Shown: in pieces, positions 49,779-59,850 of the stretch
Position numbering within the stretch: position 1 is the first letter of the stretch
Layout: each line of letters begins with the position of its first letter
From: Acidobacteriota bacterium
GTDB lineage: Bacteria > Acidobacteriota > UBA6911 > RPQK01 > JAJDTT01
Length of the DNA stretch: 64,000 nt
Assembly: GCA_965209055.1 (NCBI GenBank)
Contig: OZ242374.1
Location: 3,648,001-3,712,000 of the forward strand
Direction: 5' to 3'
Translations under genes and position numbers: made by a program
Notes under the pieces: generated by a model
What the model was told of the DNA's origin: nothing
Databases searched by the model: none
Seen by the model: only the letters and a program-made list of their open reading frames with translations

Positions 49779-50738
49779 ATGGCTCAGAAGAGATTCCTGA
49801 TTACAGCCCCGGTGGAAGAGATCGTGATCGAGTTGCTGGAGGCCCATGCGCCGACGGTGACGTCGCCCGCCACCGACCAGAAGACGTTGTCAGGCCTGCT
49901 CTCGGGATCGATCGGGATCGTCGCCCGGGGCGAGGCCCGGATCACCCCCGAGCTGGTGGAGGCCGCGCCCGATCTCCAAGTCGTGGGCAGGACCGGCGTC
50001 GGGTACGACAACGTGGACGTGCCGGCTCTGACCCGCCGGTCGATTCCCCTGATCATCGCCCCGGTGGGTGGGTTCTCCGTGGCCGAAGGGGCGCTGGGGA
50101 TGCTGCTCTGCCTGATCAAGAACATGCGCGCCATGGACTCGGCGGTCCGCGAAGGCAACTGGGACATCCGCTACGACGGCCTGGTCGGGGACGTGGCCGG
50201 CCATACGGTGGGCATCGCCGGGATGGGCCGGATCGGTTCCTACCTGGCCAGGCTGCTTCAGCCCTTCGAAGTGACGGTCCTGGGCTACGATCCTTACGTG
50301 GACGCCGGTCGAATGGCCGAGATCGGGGTCCGCAAGGTTGAGTTGAAGGAACTGCTGGCCCGGTCCGACTATGTCTCCTTTCACATGCTTCTGAATGACG
50401 AGACCCGGGGCATGATCGACCGGGACGCGGTCGCCGGCATGAAGCGGGGGGCGGTTCTGCTGAACCTGGCCCGCGGCGGAATCACCGACGGCCTCGATAC
50501 CCTGGCCGACGCCCTGGACGATGGGCAACTGAGCTACGTGGGACTGGACGTTTTTCCCACCGAACCTCCCGATGTCTCCCACCGGATCTTCAAACATCCC
50601 CGGTGCCTCTTCGCGCCCCACTCCCTGGGCATGAGCGAACTGGCCATGGACCGGGTCGGCCGTTCCATGGCCAACGACATGCTGGCCGTGTTGGAGGGGA
50701 ATCGACCCCAGCACTGCGTCAATCCTGAAGTCTTCTAG
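49779..50738 (+). CDS. D-isomer-specific 2-hydroxyacid (phosphoglycerate-like) dehydrogenase
   Basis: RTGVGYDNVD, GIAGMGRIG, LNLARG, LDVFPTEP, APH. Confidence 0.9.
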   Translation: MAQKRFLITAPVEEIVIELLEAHAPTVTSPATDQKTLSGLLSGSIGIVARGEARITPELVEAAPDLQVVGRTGVGYDNVDVPALTRRSIPLIIAPVGGFSVAEGALGMLLCLIKNMRAMDSAVREGNWDIRYDGLVGDVAGHTVGIAGMGRIGSYLARLLQPFEVTVLGYDPYVDAGRMAEIGVRKVELKELLARSDYVSFHMLLNDETRGMIDRDAVAGMKRGAVLLNLARGGITDGLDTLADALDDGQLSYVGLDVFPTEPPDVSHRIFKHPRCLFAPHSLGMSELAMDRVGRSMANDMLAVLEGNRPQHCVNPEVF

Positions 50739-50863
50739 GAGTGGGGGTTTTCCTATCCCGATAGCCCCACAGTCAACAACTACCAAACATTAACGTTTTC
50801 AATGGATTACCGGGTTCTTCGCCGAATCGGTAGCGTGGTTGACTCCCTATGTTTGACATCCTG

Positions 50864-50882
50864 AACAGGCAACAAACAGGCA
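50864..50882 (+). promoter_or_regulatory. Putative integrase arm-type binding sites, left end
   Basis: AACAGGCAACAAACAGGCA, identical to 63052-63070. Confidence 0.7.
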
Positions 50883-50980
50883 GCAGTATTCGAGCCTGCG
50901 ATGCCGGTCTGGTACTATTTCCTCTGCGATATAGGCCCGCCGTCACCAGATCCGCTGTGACGAAGGTCGGGCAGTCGGAC

Positions 50981-52036
50981 TCAGTTTTTTGGCCCTTCCA
51001 CGTTCGTGCGATTCGCCGAGACGGCGCGTACGTACTCAAGCACTTCTGGTCGAATCTCGTCCCACTCTTCCAGGGTCTTGAAGGAGAGAGCATAGCCACC
51101 GTGTGTCCATTCTTCGAGATTGACGGAACCACTGAGCCTGGCAAATGCACCGTCACCGCCCCATGTAATCGCCTGCGGCAATACGCTGACGCTGCACACT
51201 TCCGTTCCCAGATATCCGGCTTGCACGCCAAAGTAGGTTCTCGTGACGTTGGAATCCCCAGGCTCGCTGAGCACAAATCCGACGCTCGTGCTCCCTACCT
51301 GCTCCCAAACGCCCTGCTCTGGCAGATGTCGGCGAAGGTCGGCATGGACTCGGTCAAAGAGTTCCTTGTATCCATTGTCAACCAGGTATTTTTCCAGAGC
51401 CCGACGCTTTTCGGCGGTGGTTGCGGAAGGACGCTTTCGGATGATTTCTGTTCGTCCTGACTCCACCTCCAGTTGTCGAGCTAGGAGTCGCTCCCCTTCA
51501 CGTTGAAACCCGTGGAATGTCACCACGGAAATATCCACTGGCCCAGCAGAAATGAATCGTGCCATCCGTTCGGCTACAGCGTCCACACCCAATCCGACGA
51601 GTACCATGCGGGGCGGCAGGAGGCGTGACAGGTCGTCCCCGCCGAAGTTGTCGGCGTACCATTGCTCGAAGTCATCGATCTGTTCGATACCGTCGTTCCC
51701 GCTACGTTCGGAAATGTGCTTCGCGAGGTCGCCGGTACTCATGGCGTCCAAGTCCGAAGCGTAGTCCAAGACTTGGGTCACAGCCTCGCGGGCAAGCATC
51801 CCTCGCTTCAACTCGTAGACGACCAGACGGCCGTCCGCGTCAACGGCGAGCAGATCCAGCCAACCGGTTTGGGTGGGCGTCTGTCGTCCCACGAGACGGA
51901 GGCCCGGTTCGAGCATTTCCGGGTTGCGAACCAAAAGCTCCTCCAAGCCCAACTCGGTTTGCATCTGCTTGAGCGGTGACAGGGGCGCCACCGTCCCCGA
52001 CCCGTCGACCGCCCAGATACACAGTTCCTCAGTCAT
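50981..52036 (-). CDS. Endonuclease NucS-domain (PD-(D/E)xK) protein
   Basis: LEELL..NPEML..GL.LVGRQ...GWLDLLAVD.DG.LVVYELKRG...AVTQVLDYA. Confidence 0.8.
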   Translation of the reverse strand: MTEELCIWAVDGSGTVAPLSPLKQMQTELGLEELLVRNPEMLEPGLRLVGRQTPTQTGWLDLLAVDADGRLVVYELKRGMLAREAVTQVLDYASDLDAMSTGDLAKHISERSGNDGIEQIDDFEQWYADNFGGDDLSRLLPPRMVLVGLGVDAVAERMARFISAGPVDISVVTFHGFQREGERLLARQLEVESGRTEIIRKRPSATTAEKRRALEKYLVDNGYKELFDRVHADLRRHLPEQGVWEQVGSTSVGFVLSEPGDSNVTRTYFGVQAGYLGTEVCSVSVLPQAITWGGDGAFARLSGSVNLEEWTHGGYALSFKTLEEWDEIRPEVLEYVRAVSANRTNVEGPKN

Positions 52037-52440
52037 TTCTGCGTCCGATATCTCAATCGGCTCATCAAGCTACACGATTGTCGCCGTCCGATTCAAACGC
52101 GCCGTTCCAACGGGGGATACGGCCCTGCTCAACCCCTACGGAGGGGTGACGGCAGCACTGAAGCGGGCGGTCGAGTTGCAACCAGCGGCGGAAAGTCGCT
52201 CCTTCCAGGTCGTGATTGACGGTGAACGCACTCGGCAATCGCAAGGGCCTTTGGAGGCTCGTTTCGGCTGTGCCTCAAGGGGGTCTCGCGCCCGATCCGG
52301 GATGTGAATGGGACAAGGGGGGTGGATTCACAAAAAGCGGTCCCGGTGATTCACAAACGCGCTGTCCCCGATCTTTTTTCCTTTCAGTCAGTTACGGCCC
52401 CATTTCTGGCCACCGGGTGGCCGCACGGGGAAAATGGAGG

Positions 52441-52541
52441 TGGACGGGAGCGACCCCCCCTTTTTCCTGCCCGGTGCGGGCGCGGGGGTGTTGCGCAATT
52501 CACATTTGCGCAGCACCCCCTGGGGGGGTCGCTCCCGTCCA
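52441..52541. other. Nested inverted-repeat structure (candidate origin or structured RNA)
   Basis: Perfect 20-bp IR TGGACGGGAGCGACCCCCCC / GGGGGGGTCGCTCCCGTCCA enclosing two further hairpins. Confidence 0.6.
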
Positions 52542-53145
52542 AATTATCCCTGGCGGGAAGGCAGTAAGATGATCCCATGAAGCCATGAAGTGGCGTTATG
52601 CAGGTATCATTCCGGCGGATTAGGCGGACATTGTCTGGCGAGCCGAATACGATCCCATATTCCGGCCTGGAGACCATCCGGTGCTGGACCTGATCGCCGT
52701 TCACGATCGTGCCGGGTATACGGTGACCCGGATTTGGCACTCTATGGCTCCCGATATCGCCGTCCTGCTCGGTGGGCAAAATTGCTTGTCCGTCTGACGC
52801 GTCTATGTCCAAATGAACCGCAGGTCGATAGATCGAAGGATCCTGCTTACGTGGCCGACCCGGTTCCGTTAGATCGTCGTCGGCGAAGCGCACCATCCGG
52901 CGAAGCCGTAGGAAGTCTCTCAACTCTCTTGGTTTTTCATTCCCGAGTGGTGCCTCTATACTGAATGCTGATCTTTCAGGACTGGGGGTTCTGGCAAGAC
53001 ATCGTGCATCGGAGTACGATCCGCTCGCATAGCCGGATGTGTTTGTCAAAAAGGAGTTGCAGACCAACCGAGGCAGCCTGCACACTTCTGCACCGCACTC
53101 CGCATCCCGGTCAGCGCCTCAGAAAACCATTGCCCGCATATCCAC

Positions 53146-55431
53146 ATGGCCATCACAGTCTTTAACGACAGCTCGTACAGCCTGTCTGCCTTGGTCGAGG
53201 CGATCGGTAGGGGCGAGATTGCTCTGCCCGACATCCAGCGACCCTTCCGCTGGAAGGCGACCAAGGTCCGAGACCTCTTCGACTCGATGTACCGTGGCTT
53301 CCCCGTTGGCCACCTGATCTTCTGGGCAACCGGTGCCGAGATGGGTGCCCGCCGAATCGGCACGCATGCCCACGAGGCCGCGCCGCGCCTCATGATCGTG
53401 GATGGCCAGCAGCGGCTCACCAGCCTCTACGCCGTGCTCACGGGGAGCGAAGTGCTCCGTGAGGATTACACTGCTTCGCGGATTCGTATCGCGTTTCGCC
53501 CCCGAGACGGCAGCTTCGAGGTAGCCGATGCCGCAGTGGTAAGGAACCCGGAGTTCATCGCCGACATCTCGATTCTATGGGCTGGCGGCAGTTTGCTAAA
53601 GAAGGTGCGGGAGTTCCTCATGCGCCTGGAAGAAAGCAAGGGTGATCTTGGCGAGGACCGGCGCGTCCGCATTGAATCGGCCATTGAAAGACTCTACAAC
53701 CTCCGAAACTATCCTTTTAAGGCCATGGAGGTGGCTTCAACGGCAGGTGAGGAACAGGTCGCGGACATCTTCGTGCGCATCAATAGCAAGGGGGATAGAC
53801 TCGGCCAAGCCGACTTCATTCTCACACTGATGTCCGTCTGGTGGGAGGAGGGCCGCAAGCAACTGGAGAAATTCGCCCGGAACGCTAGGCTCCGGCCTCC
53901 TGGGCCGTCTCCCGCAAATCCGTTCATCGACCCGTCCGCGGACCAGATGCTACGCGTGGTTTCGGGACTTGCCCTCCGGCGCGCCCGCCTTCGATACGTC
54001 TATCAGGTGCTTCGGGGCAAAGACCTTGAGACCGGCGAGATTTCGGCTCAGATCCGGGAGAAGCAGTTCGCCACATTGCGGGAGGCTCAGGCGGAGACCC
54101 TTTCGCTGACTAATTGGCACGAGTTTCTTAAGGCAGTCCGTCGGGCCGGCTACCGAAGCCGAGCCATGATCAGTTCGGAGAACAATCTGATGTTCTCCTA
54201 CCTGATGTACCTGATTGGCCATCGAGACTACCGGATCAACCGCAGGACCCTTCGCGAAGCCATCGCTCAATGGTTCTTCATGACCTCACTTACTGGCCGA
54301 TACACGGGCAACTTCGAGAGCCGAGTTGAGCAGGATCTCCGCCGTGTCGCCGAGGCGAGGTCCGGTGATGAGTTTGTGGCAATGCTGAACGGGATCATCG
54401 ACACGACGCTCACCATGGACTATTGGACGATCCAACTCCCCAGTTCGCTTGAGACTTCCTCAGCCTTCGGTCCGACGGTGTTCGGATACCACGCAAGCCT
54501 TGTTCTCCTCAATGCGCAGCCGCTGTTTTCCCCGCTGCAATTGAGTGAGCTTTTGGATCCATCGACGCACGCTCCTCGCTCGGCCGTCGAGCGTCACCAT
54601 CTTTTTCCCAAAGCGTACCTGACACGGATTGGCATCGATCGCACAGTACAGCGAAATCAGATCGCCAACTACGCCTTCGTCGAATGGCCCGACAACGCGG
54701 AGATCGGCGACTCACGGCCAAGTGAGTATTTCCCTCCCCTCTTCGCCAAGCTTACGGCGCGGCAGCGAGAACGAGCACGGTTCTGGCATGCGCTGCCGGA
54801 GGGTTGGGAACAGATGGATTATCGGGAGTTCCTTCAGCAACGGCGGGTGCTCATCGCTGATGTCGTGCGAGCGGCATTCAACAGGCTCCGGACCGGCGAG
54901 CCTCCCGAGGAGGAGGAACCGCTGCCGCTGCCGCCTGGTGGCCACGCATGGTCCATTGACGATCTCCTCGCCGAAATGGAAACCGAGCGGGTCGAGTTCA
55001 AGTCGTCTGCCTACTACAGCTACAAGCCGAACGTACCGGAGAGAGTAATCACGGAGTCCGTGCTCAAGACCATCGCGGGCTTCCTGAACGCCGGAGGTGG
55101 CATTCTCGCGGTCGGCATTGCGGATGACGGCGAGATCCTCGGCATCCAACCGGACCTGGACATGAAGAACATGGACGGGGACCGGTATGTGAACTCACTC
55201 ACAAACCTGATCGAGCGCTCGCTCGGACCACTTGCTTCCACGATGGCGAAGATTCAGTTGCAGGCTGTCGATGGCGTGCAAGTCGCCATGGTACACGTGA
55301 CCCCATCTCCTGAGCCGATCTATGCCAAGGTCTCCAAACGTGACCGGGCCTTCTTCGTTCGGGTGAACAACTCGACCCGGATCCTTGAAGGGGCCGATCT
55401 TGTCGGATATGTCAGACAACGCTGGGCCTAG
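53146..55431 (+). CDS. GmrSD-like (DUF262 + HNH-like) protein fused to a C-terminal Schlafen AlbA_2 domain
   Basis: PDIQRPFRW, DGQQRLT, FVRIN (DUF262); ERHHLFPK...NQIANY (HNH-like); ETERVEFKSS...AGFLNAGGG.L.VG..DDG (AlbA_2). Confidence 0.85.
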   Translation: MAITVFNDSSYSLSALVEAIGRGEIALPDIQRPFRWKATKVRDLFDSMYRGFPVGHLIFWATGAEMGARRIGTHAHEAAPRLMIVDGQQRLTSLYAVLTGSEVLREDYTASRIRIAFRPRDGSFEVADAAVVRNPEFIADISILWAGGSLLKKVREFLMRLEESKGDLGEDRRVRIESAIERLYNLRNYPFKAMEVASTAGEEQVADIFVRINSKGDRLGQADFILTLMSVWWEEGRKQLEKFARNARLRPPGPSPANPFIDPSADQMLRVVSGLALRRARLRYVYQVLRGKDLETGEISAQIREKQFATLREAQAETLSLTNWHEFLKAVRRAGYRSRAMISSENNLMFSYLMYLIGHRDYRINRRTLREAIAQWFFMTSLTGRYTGNFESRVEQDLRRVAEARSGDEFVAMLNGIIDTTLTMDYWTIQLPSSLETSSAFGPTVFGYHASLVLLNAQPLFSPLQLSELLDPSTHAPRSAVERHHLFPKAYLTRIGIDRTVQRNQIANYAFVEWPDNAEIGDSRPSEYFPPLFAKLTARQRERARFWHALPEGWEQMDYREFLQQRRVLIADVVRAAFNRLRTGEPPEEEEPLPLPPGGHAWSIDDLLAEMETERVEFKSSAYYSYKPNVPERVITESVLKTIAGFLNAGGGILAVGIADDGEILGIQPDLDMKNMDGDRYVNSLTNLIERSLGPLASTMAKIQLQAVDGVQVAMVHVTPSPEPIYAKVSKRDRAFFVRVNNSTRILEGADLVGYVRQRWA

Positions 55432-55439
55432 GCACTTAG

Positions 55440-56628
55440 GGAAGGTCTGAACAAGTCGATTCAAGGGACGTGAGAGCCGTTATTGTTTCGGCTTTGCGGT
55501 GTCCAAACCTTCATTATGAGGAGTACCACCCTGGCAAGGCTCTGGGTGCCCCCATTCTCAGACTGATTCCCCGAATCTCGACGCACCTCTCCCGCGCCCG
55601 GATCAGGCGTTCACGCCAGAGCGCTCGGCGATCATCAGATTGGCGAACCCCACCAGCAAATAGATCCGTTGGGTGTTTTTCGCCAGCCCCCGGTAGCGCA
55701 CCTTCGCGTAGCCGAAATGCCGTTTCAGGTACCCGAATACATGTTCTGCCTTGGCCCGAACCGACGCTTTGCGCCGCTCGGCCAACGCCGCCTCACTCTC
55801 CGGTGGCAGCCGCCAACGCTTCCCCGGCTTCATCATCACCTGCCAATCCACCGGCCGATCTCGATTCTCCGACCGCTTTCCCACTCCCTGGTATCCCGAA
55901 TCCCCCCAAACTTGAGACTCCGAGCCGTGCAGCAACTCACCGGCTCGCGTCACGTCATGCTCGTTAGCCGGCGCCGTCACCACCGTGTGCGCCACCCCCG
56001 TCTGGGCGTCCACCCCCAGGTGGGCCTTCATTCCGAAATACCACTGTTTTCCCTTCTTCGTCTGATGCATCTCCGGGTCCCGCGCCCCCTCCCTGTTCTT
56101 GGTCGAGGAAGGCGCCGCCAGGATACTCGCGTCCACGATCGTCCCCCGGCTCAGCCGCAGGCCTTGCCGCTGCAGGTGAGAACCGATCTCCTCGAACAGC
56201 GCCTCCCCCAGACCATGCTCCTCCAGCCGATGACGGAATTTCAGAATCGTCGTCTCGTCCGGCAGCGGCCCCGTGAGCTTCAGGCCCACGAACCGCCGCA
56301 CCGACTCCACCTCATAGAGCAGATCCTCCATCCCCGGATCGCTCAGGTTGTAAAACAGCTGCACGCAGTGGATCCGAAGCATCGTCGAGAGCGGGTAGGG
56401 ACGCCGTCCCCGTCCCGCTTTCGGGTAAACGGGCCGAATCCGGGCTTCCAACTGCTCCCATGGAATCAACCGGTCCATCCGGGCCAGAAATCTCTCCCGA
56501 CGGGTCACCCGCTTCTTGCCGTCGTATTCCAGATCTGCGAACGTTCGTTGCGACATCATCTATCCTCCATGCAGTGATGATGGAAGAATTATCGTGCAGA
56601 ACGCTGACTCGACTTAATCAGACCTTCC
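55440..56628 (-). mobile_element. IS5-family insertion sequence with 4-bp TSD TTAG
   Basis: IRs GGAAGGTCTGAACAAGTC / GACTTAATCAGACCTTCC; TTAG at 55436-55439 and 56629-56632. Confidence 0.94.
55603..56559 (-). CDS. IS5-family DDE transposase
   Basis: Highly similar to 19201..20169. Confidence 0.95.
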   Translation of the reverse strand: MMSQRTFADLEYDGKKRVTRRERFLARMDRLIPWEQLEARIRPVYPKAGRGRRPYPLSTMLRIHCVQLFYNLSDPGMEDLLYEVESVRRFVGLKLTGPLPDETTILKFRHRLEEHGLGEALFEEIGSHLQRQGLRLSRGTIVDASILAAPSSTKNREGARDPEMHQTKKGKQWYFGMKAHLGVDAQTGVAHTVVTAPANEHDVTRAGELLHGSESQVWGDSGYQGVGKRSENRDRPVDWQVMMKPGKRWRLPPESEAALAERRKASVRAKAEHVFGYLKRHFGYAKVRYRGLAKNTQRIYLLVGFANLMIAERSGVNA

Positions 56629-56632
56629 TTAG

Positions 56633-56980
56633 TCCCATCGAGTGCCAGACCGTGCATGCCCTAGAACTCATGGATCGCGACGCTGCTTGGTCCGGCCGGG
56701 ATTTACTTTCTTGGTTGCCGAAGACGCATGCCACAAGCAACAGGGGAAGATTTCCGTACGGGAAACGGTTGCCGCCACCCGCGATCACATAGTGCGTGAA
56801 TGGCCCATTGACCCGCTTGTACTCCTTCCGTCGGCGTGGGTTGGTGCGCGGTAGAGTAGACAGCGCCCGTAGCCGGGCCACCCAACCGAGGTCCAGTTCC
56901 GCCTTGCGGCCCGTGACCAAATGATCGATCTGGCGAGCGGAGGTCCAATGGCGGAAGGACTGCGGCGGTAGTAACTGCCA
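56633..56980 (-). pseudogene. Remnant of a plasmid replication protein (RepA_C-like)
   Basis: DLGWVARL.ALSTLPRTNP...Y.R.NGP...AGGGN.FPYGNLP.LL fits the RepA_C N-terminal pattern, then breaks down; limits approximate. Confidence 0.6.
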
Positions 56981-57210
56981 GGCGTTCCACCCGAACGCGG
57001 CCTTCATCTTCCCGTACTCGATCTTCTGCTTCTTGGAAGGGTTAATGTTGTCAGTTTCCCATGAGGGACTAGCACCCACAGCGGGGAGCGCTGAGCGCTT
57101 GGGAGTCCTCCCGTGGGACAACGGGACCGCAGCATGACGGGGACAAACATCTGGAGGCGTATACTTGCCTTCGCCTACGGGATTTCAGACGCTCTCAAGC
57201 AGCCTCTCTA

Positions 57211-58128
57211 CTAGTCTGAATGGTGCCCGCGCCAGACCAACTGCTTGTCGGTCGTCGCATCGATGCAATTTTTCAAACGTGGCGGCTTGTCTGGAGATGC
57301 AAACGCCCCATCAAGTTGCTTTTGGGTTAAGTTGGTCGCGGGAGGCCTACTACGGGGATCCGCTTCGTCGAGCTCGGCGAATCGGGTGCCAGACAGATTG
57401 GTCCCATCAAGATTGGCGTTCTCAAGGTTAGAGCCTGACAGGTCCGCGTCTACGAGAGACGCACCGGACAGGATCGCGTTAGATAGGTCGGTTTTCATGA
57501 GGAACGCCCCATCAAGGTTTATCTTTGCAAGAGATCCATAACGAAGGTGGACGCCGCGTAGGTCCAGTCTGAAATTGGCGTCCCGTTCAAGCTCGATACG
57601 TTTCTCTGAGCGTCTGCGGAGCAAGTCCATGACGGCCTGCACGTCTTCGCGCACCCATTGCCGATGATCATGTTCTTCCCCTCTTTCCGCAGCAATCTCT
57701 TTGGCAGCTTCCTCAGAGCCGCTAGCAAATTGAGCGTCATCCGTTAGGATGCCGCCGTTTGTCAGAGCAATGTTCTCAACGGATTTCCCGACCGGATGAC
57801 GAGCGAACGCGCAGAATAGGCGCATGACCTCGATGTGGTATTGCTCTGGGTGTTCCCCGGAGAGGCGTTCGAGAGCATACAAGCCGCCGAGCCGGACCGG
57901 GAGTTTCTCACTGCCCAGCATTTCCGAGCATTTCTGATAGCGCTCGTTCAAAAGCCCACGCTGCGCTGTTTCGGCTTGGCGTTCAGCTATCCTGCTGCGC
58001 CATATGGCAAGGGGCAGAGCAATTCCCGCTGCGATAACCAGACCCAAATTGCGGATGATCGTACTATAGGATTCCCAGTTACTCAGCGAATCCGTAAGCT
58101 CGTCGCACATGCTTCTTTCTGCCCCCAA
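57211..58128 (-). CDS. Membrane-anchored pentapeptide-repeat protein
   Basis: TM segment, then ERYQK..EMLGS...VRLGGLYALERL; A(D/N)LxG pentapeptide repeats. Confidence 0.85.
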   Translation of the reverse strand: MGAERSMCDELTDSLSNWESYSTIIRNLGLVIAAGIALPLAIWRSRIAERQAETAQRGLLNERYQKCSEMLGSEKLPVRLGGLYALERLSGEHPEQYHIEVMRLFCAFARHPVGKSVENIALTNGGILTDDAQFASGSEEAAKEIAAERGEEHDHRQWVREDVQAVMDLLRRRSEKRIELERDANFRLDLRGVHLRYGSLAKINLDGAFLMKTDLSNAILSGASLVDADLSGSNLENANLDGTNLSGTRFAELDEADPRSRPPATNLTQKQLDGAFASPDKPPRLKNCIDATTDKQLVWRGHHSD

Positions 58129-58148
58129 GCCAAGGATACAAAAGTGGC

Positions 58149-59777
58149 TCAGTCAGGCTTCATCGGCAGGTGATTCTGCTTCTTCGATGAAGTGGGTCTT
58201 ACTCGCTTTGCTCGCTTGAATGTCACGTCGGCGGCTTGGGGGTAATCCACGCTCATTCCGCCCAAGAGATCCTCAATCGTGAGTAGTTGAATGCGAGGGT
58301 GATTCCCCCATGGAGATTTGTAGAAACCTGCCGAGGCTGCTTCTCGACGCATCGGTGCGGTCGGAGGATTCAGGGACAGGAAGACTCCTATCTGGGCCTT
58401 CTCACGGTTCACAACACCCACGAGGTCACGGATCTGGGACACTGTGACGTGTCCGGCCTTCACCGAGAAGATGATCTGCTTCGTCTTCCCATTCCGGCCC
58501 TCGTCATGGAAATAGAGCCGACCATCAATACCCTGGTCGGCTCCTTTTTTCTGCTCAATGGGACGAGCACCGGCCAAGCCGAGAGCCCACCACTGAAACT
58601 GATAGGGGTCCTGCCCCGCTAGAGTGGCGGCATCTTGGAGACTGATCGGTTCACCGATGACGTCAAATCGACAGTTCTTGCCGAAGGAATCCTGGAGTCG
58701 ATGACGAATCAGAGAGATGGCTAGATGGGTGATGTCGATCCCGATCCAGCGTCTATCGAGTTTCTGAGCCGCCGCAATGGTCGTCCCGCAACCACAGAAG
58801 GGGTCGAGCACAATTTCGCCCTCGTCAGTACTCGAAAGAATAATTCGATCAAGCAACAATTGAGGCTTTTGCGTCGGGTAGCCCAGACGTTCGGCAGCGA
58901 GATTGTGCAATGGACGAATGTCCGTCCATACGTCTTGCAAGGGAACGCCTGGCGAGTCTTCCGGGTATTGCTTCAATCGAGGCATCCCGCCCTTCTTCTT
59001 TGGCCAGTGAACACGATCCTTTCGGTCAAGTTCATCTAGCGTAGACGGGGGTGATCTCCAATGCCGTCCCTTTGCCGTGACGTCAATCCCGCGCCATGGC
59101 AGACCTGTTTCGCCATATCGGATGCCTGCGCCGGTCATATCGGCCCGCTTCCACCGTCTGCCATCCGGGTCAGTCTGATCGAAGAATGTTTCTATGTAAT
59201 CAGTGTCGTATTCCTGAAAGACTCGATTCCACTTGTACTTGTTCGTTTTCCCATAGAATAAGATCACGTCATGCACAGGTCCGTATCGCTTCGCACTGCT
59301 GTGGGCGCTCGTGCGTTTCCACACAATTTCGCTCAAGAAACGTTCTGGTCCGAAGACGGCATCGAGCAAGAGTTTTAAAGAATGGCTCGCCGTTGGGTCG
59401 CAGTGCAGGTATAGACTCCCCGTCAGTTTCAGCACCCTTCGAAGTTCCAAGAGACGAGGTGCCATCATCGACAGGTAGGCCAACATGTCGTTGGTCCCCA
59501 TGAACTTCCTGAAGGCGATTAATGCCTCGGCTACTCTGCCGCCAGTTTCTACCGTCTCTTGATAGGCCCTGGCCGCAGTTTCGTCCCACTGCCACGTGTC
59601 CTCGAACGCCTTAATCTGGGAAGCCGACTGTGATCCGTCTTTCTCTTGAAACAGGACGTTGTAGGTCTGGTTGCTTTTGAAAGGAGGATCTAGGTAGACG
59701 AGGTCAACGCTTTTGTCCCGCAGGTAGCGCCGGAGAATATCCAAATTGTCGCCATAGTACAGAGTGTTGGATGCCAT
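58149..59777 (-). CDS. N6/N4 DNA methyltransferase (beta class) fused to an Mrr-like endonuclease domain
   Basis: YLDPPF, YPTQKP, LDPFCGCGT; C-terminal DQGIDG...SVKAG. Confidence 0.9.
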   Translation of the reverse strand: MASNTLYYGDNLDILRRYLRDKSVDLVYLDPPFKSNQTYNVLFQEKDGSQSASQIKAFEDTWQWDETAARAYQETVETGGRVAEALIAFRKFMGTNDMLAYLSMMAPRLLELRRVLKLTGSLYLHCDPTASHSLKLLLDAVFGPERFLSEIVWKRTSAHSSAKRYGPVHDVILFYGKTNKYKWNRVFQEYDTDYIETFFDQTDPDGRRWKRADMTGAGIRYGETGLPWRGIDVTAKGRHWRSPPSTLDELDRKDRVHWPKKKGGMPRLKQYPEDSPGVPLQDVWTDIRPLHNLAAERLGYPTQKPQLLLDRIILSSTDEGEIVLDPFCGCGTTIAAAQKLDRRWIGIDITHLAISLIRHRLQDSFGKNCRFDVIGEPISLQDAATLAGQDPYQFQWWALGLAGARPIEQKKGADQGIDGRLYFHDEGRNGKTKQIIFSVKAGHVTVSQIRDLVGVVNREKAQIGVFLSLNPPTAPMRREAASAGFYKSPWGNHPRIQLLTIEDLLGGMSVDYPQAADVTFKRAKRVRPTSSKKQNHLPMKPD

Positions 59778-59850
59778 AGTTCACCAGTATCCCATGAGGG
59801 GCAGACACCCAGAGAAGGAGGGATGAGAGTTCCGCTGCCGACTGAAGCCT

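Noticed and set aside
52578-53040. Possible degraded gene between the hairpin structure and the GmrSD-like gene
   Set aside because: Multiple stops and no family I can recognise; needs TBLASTN.
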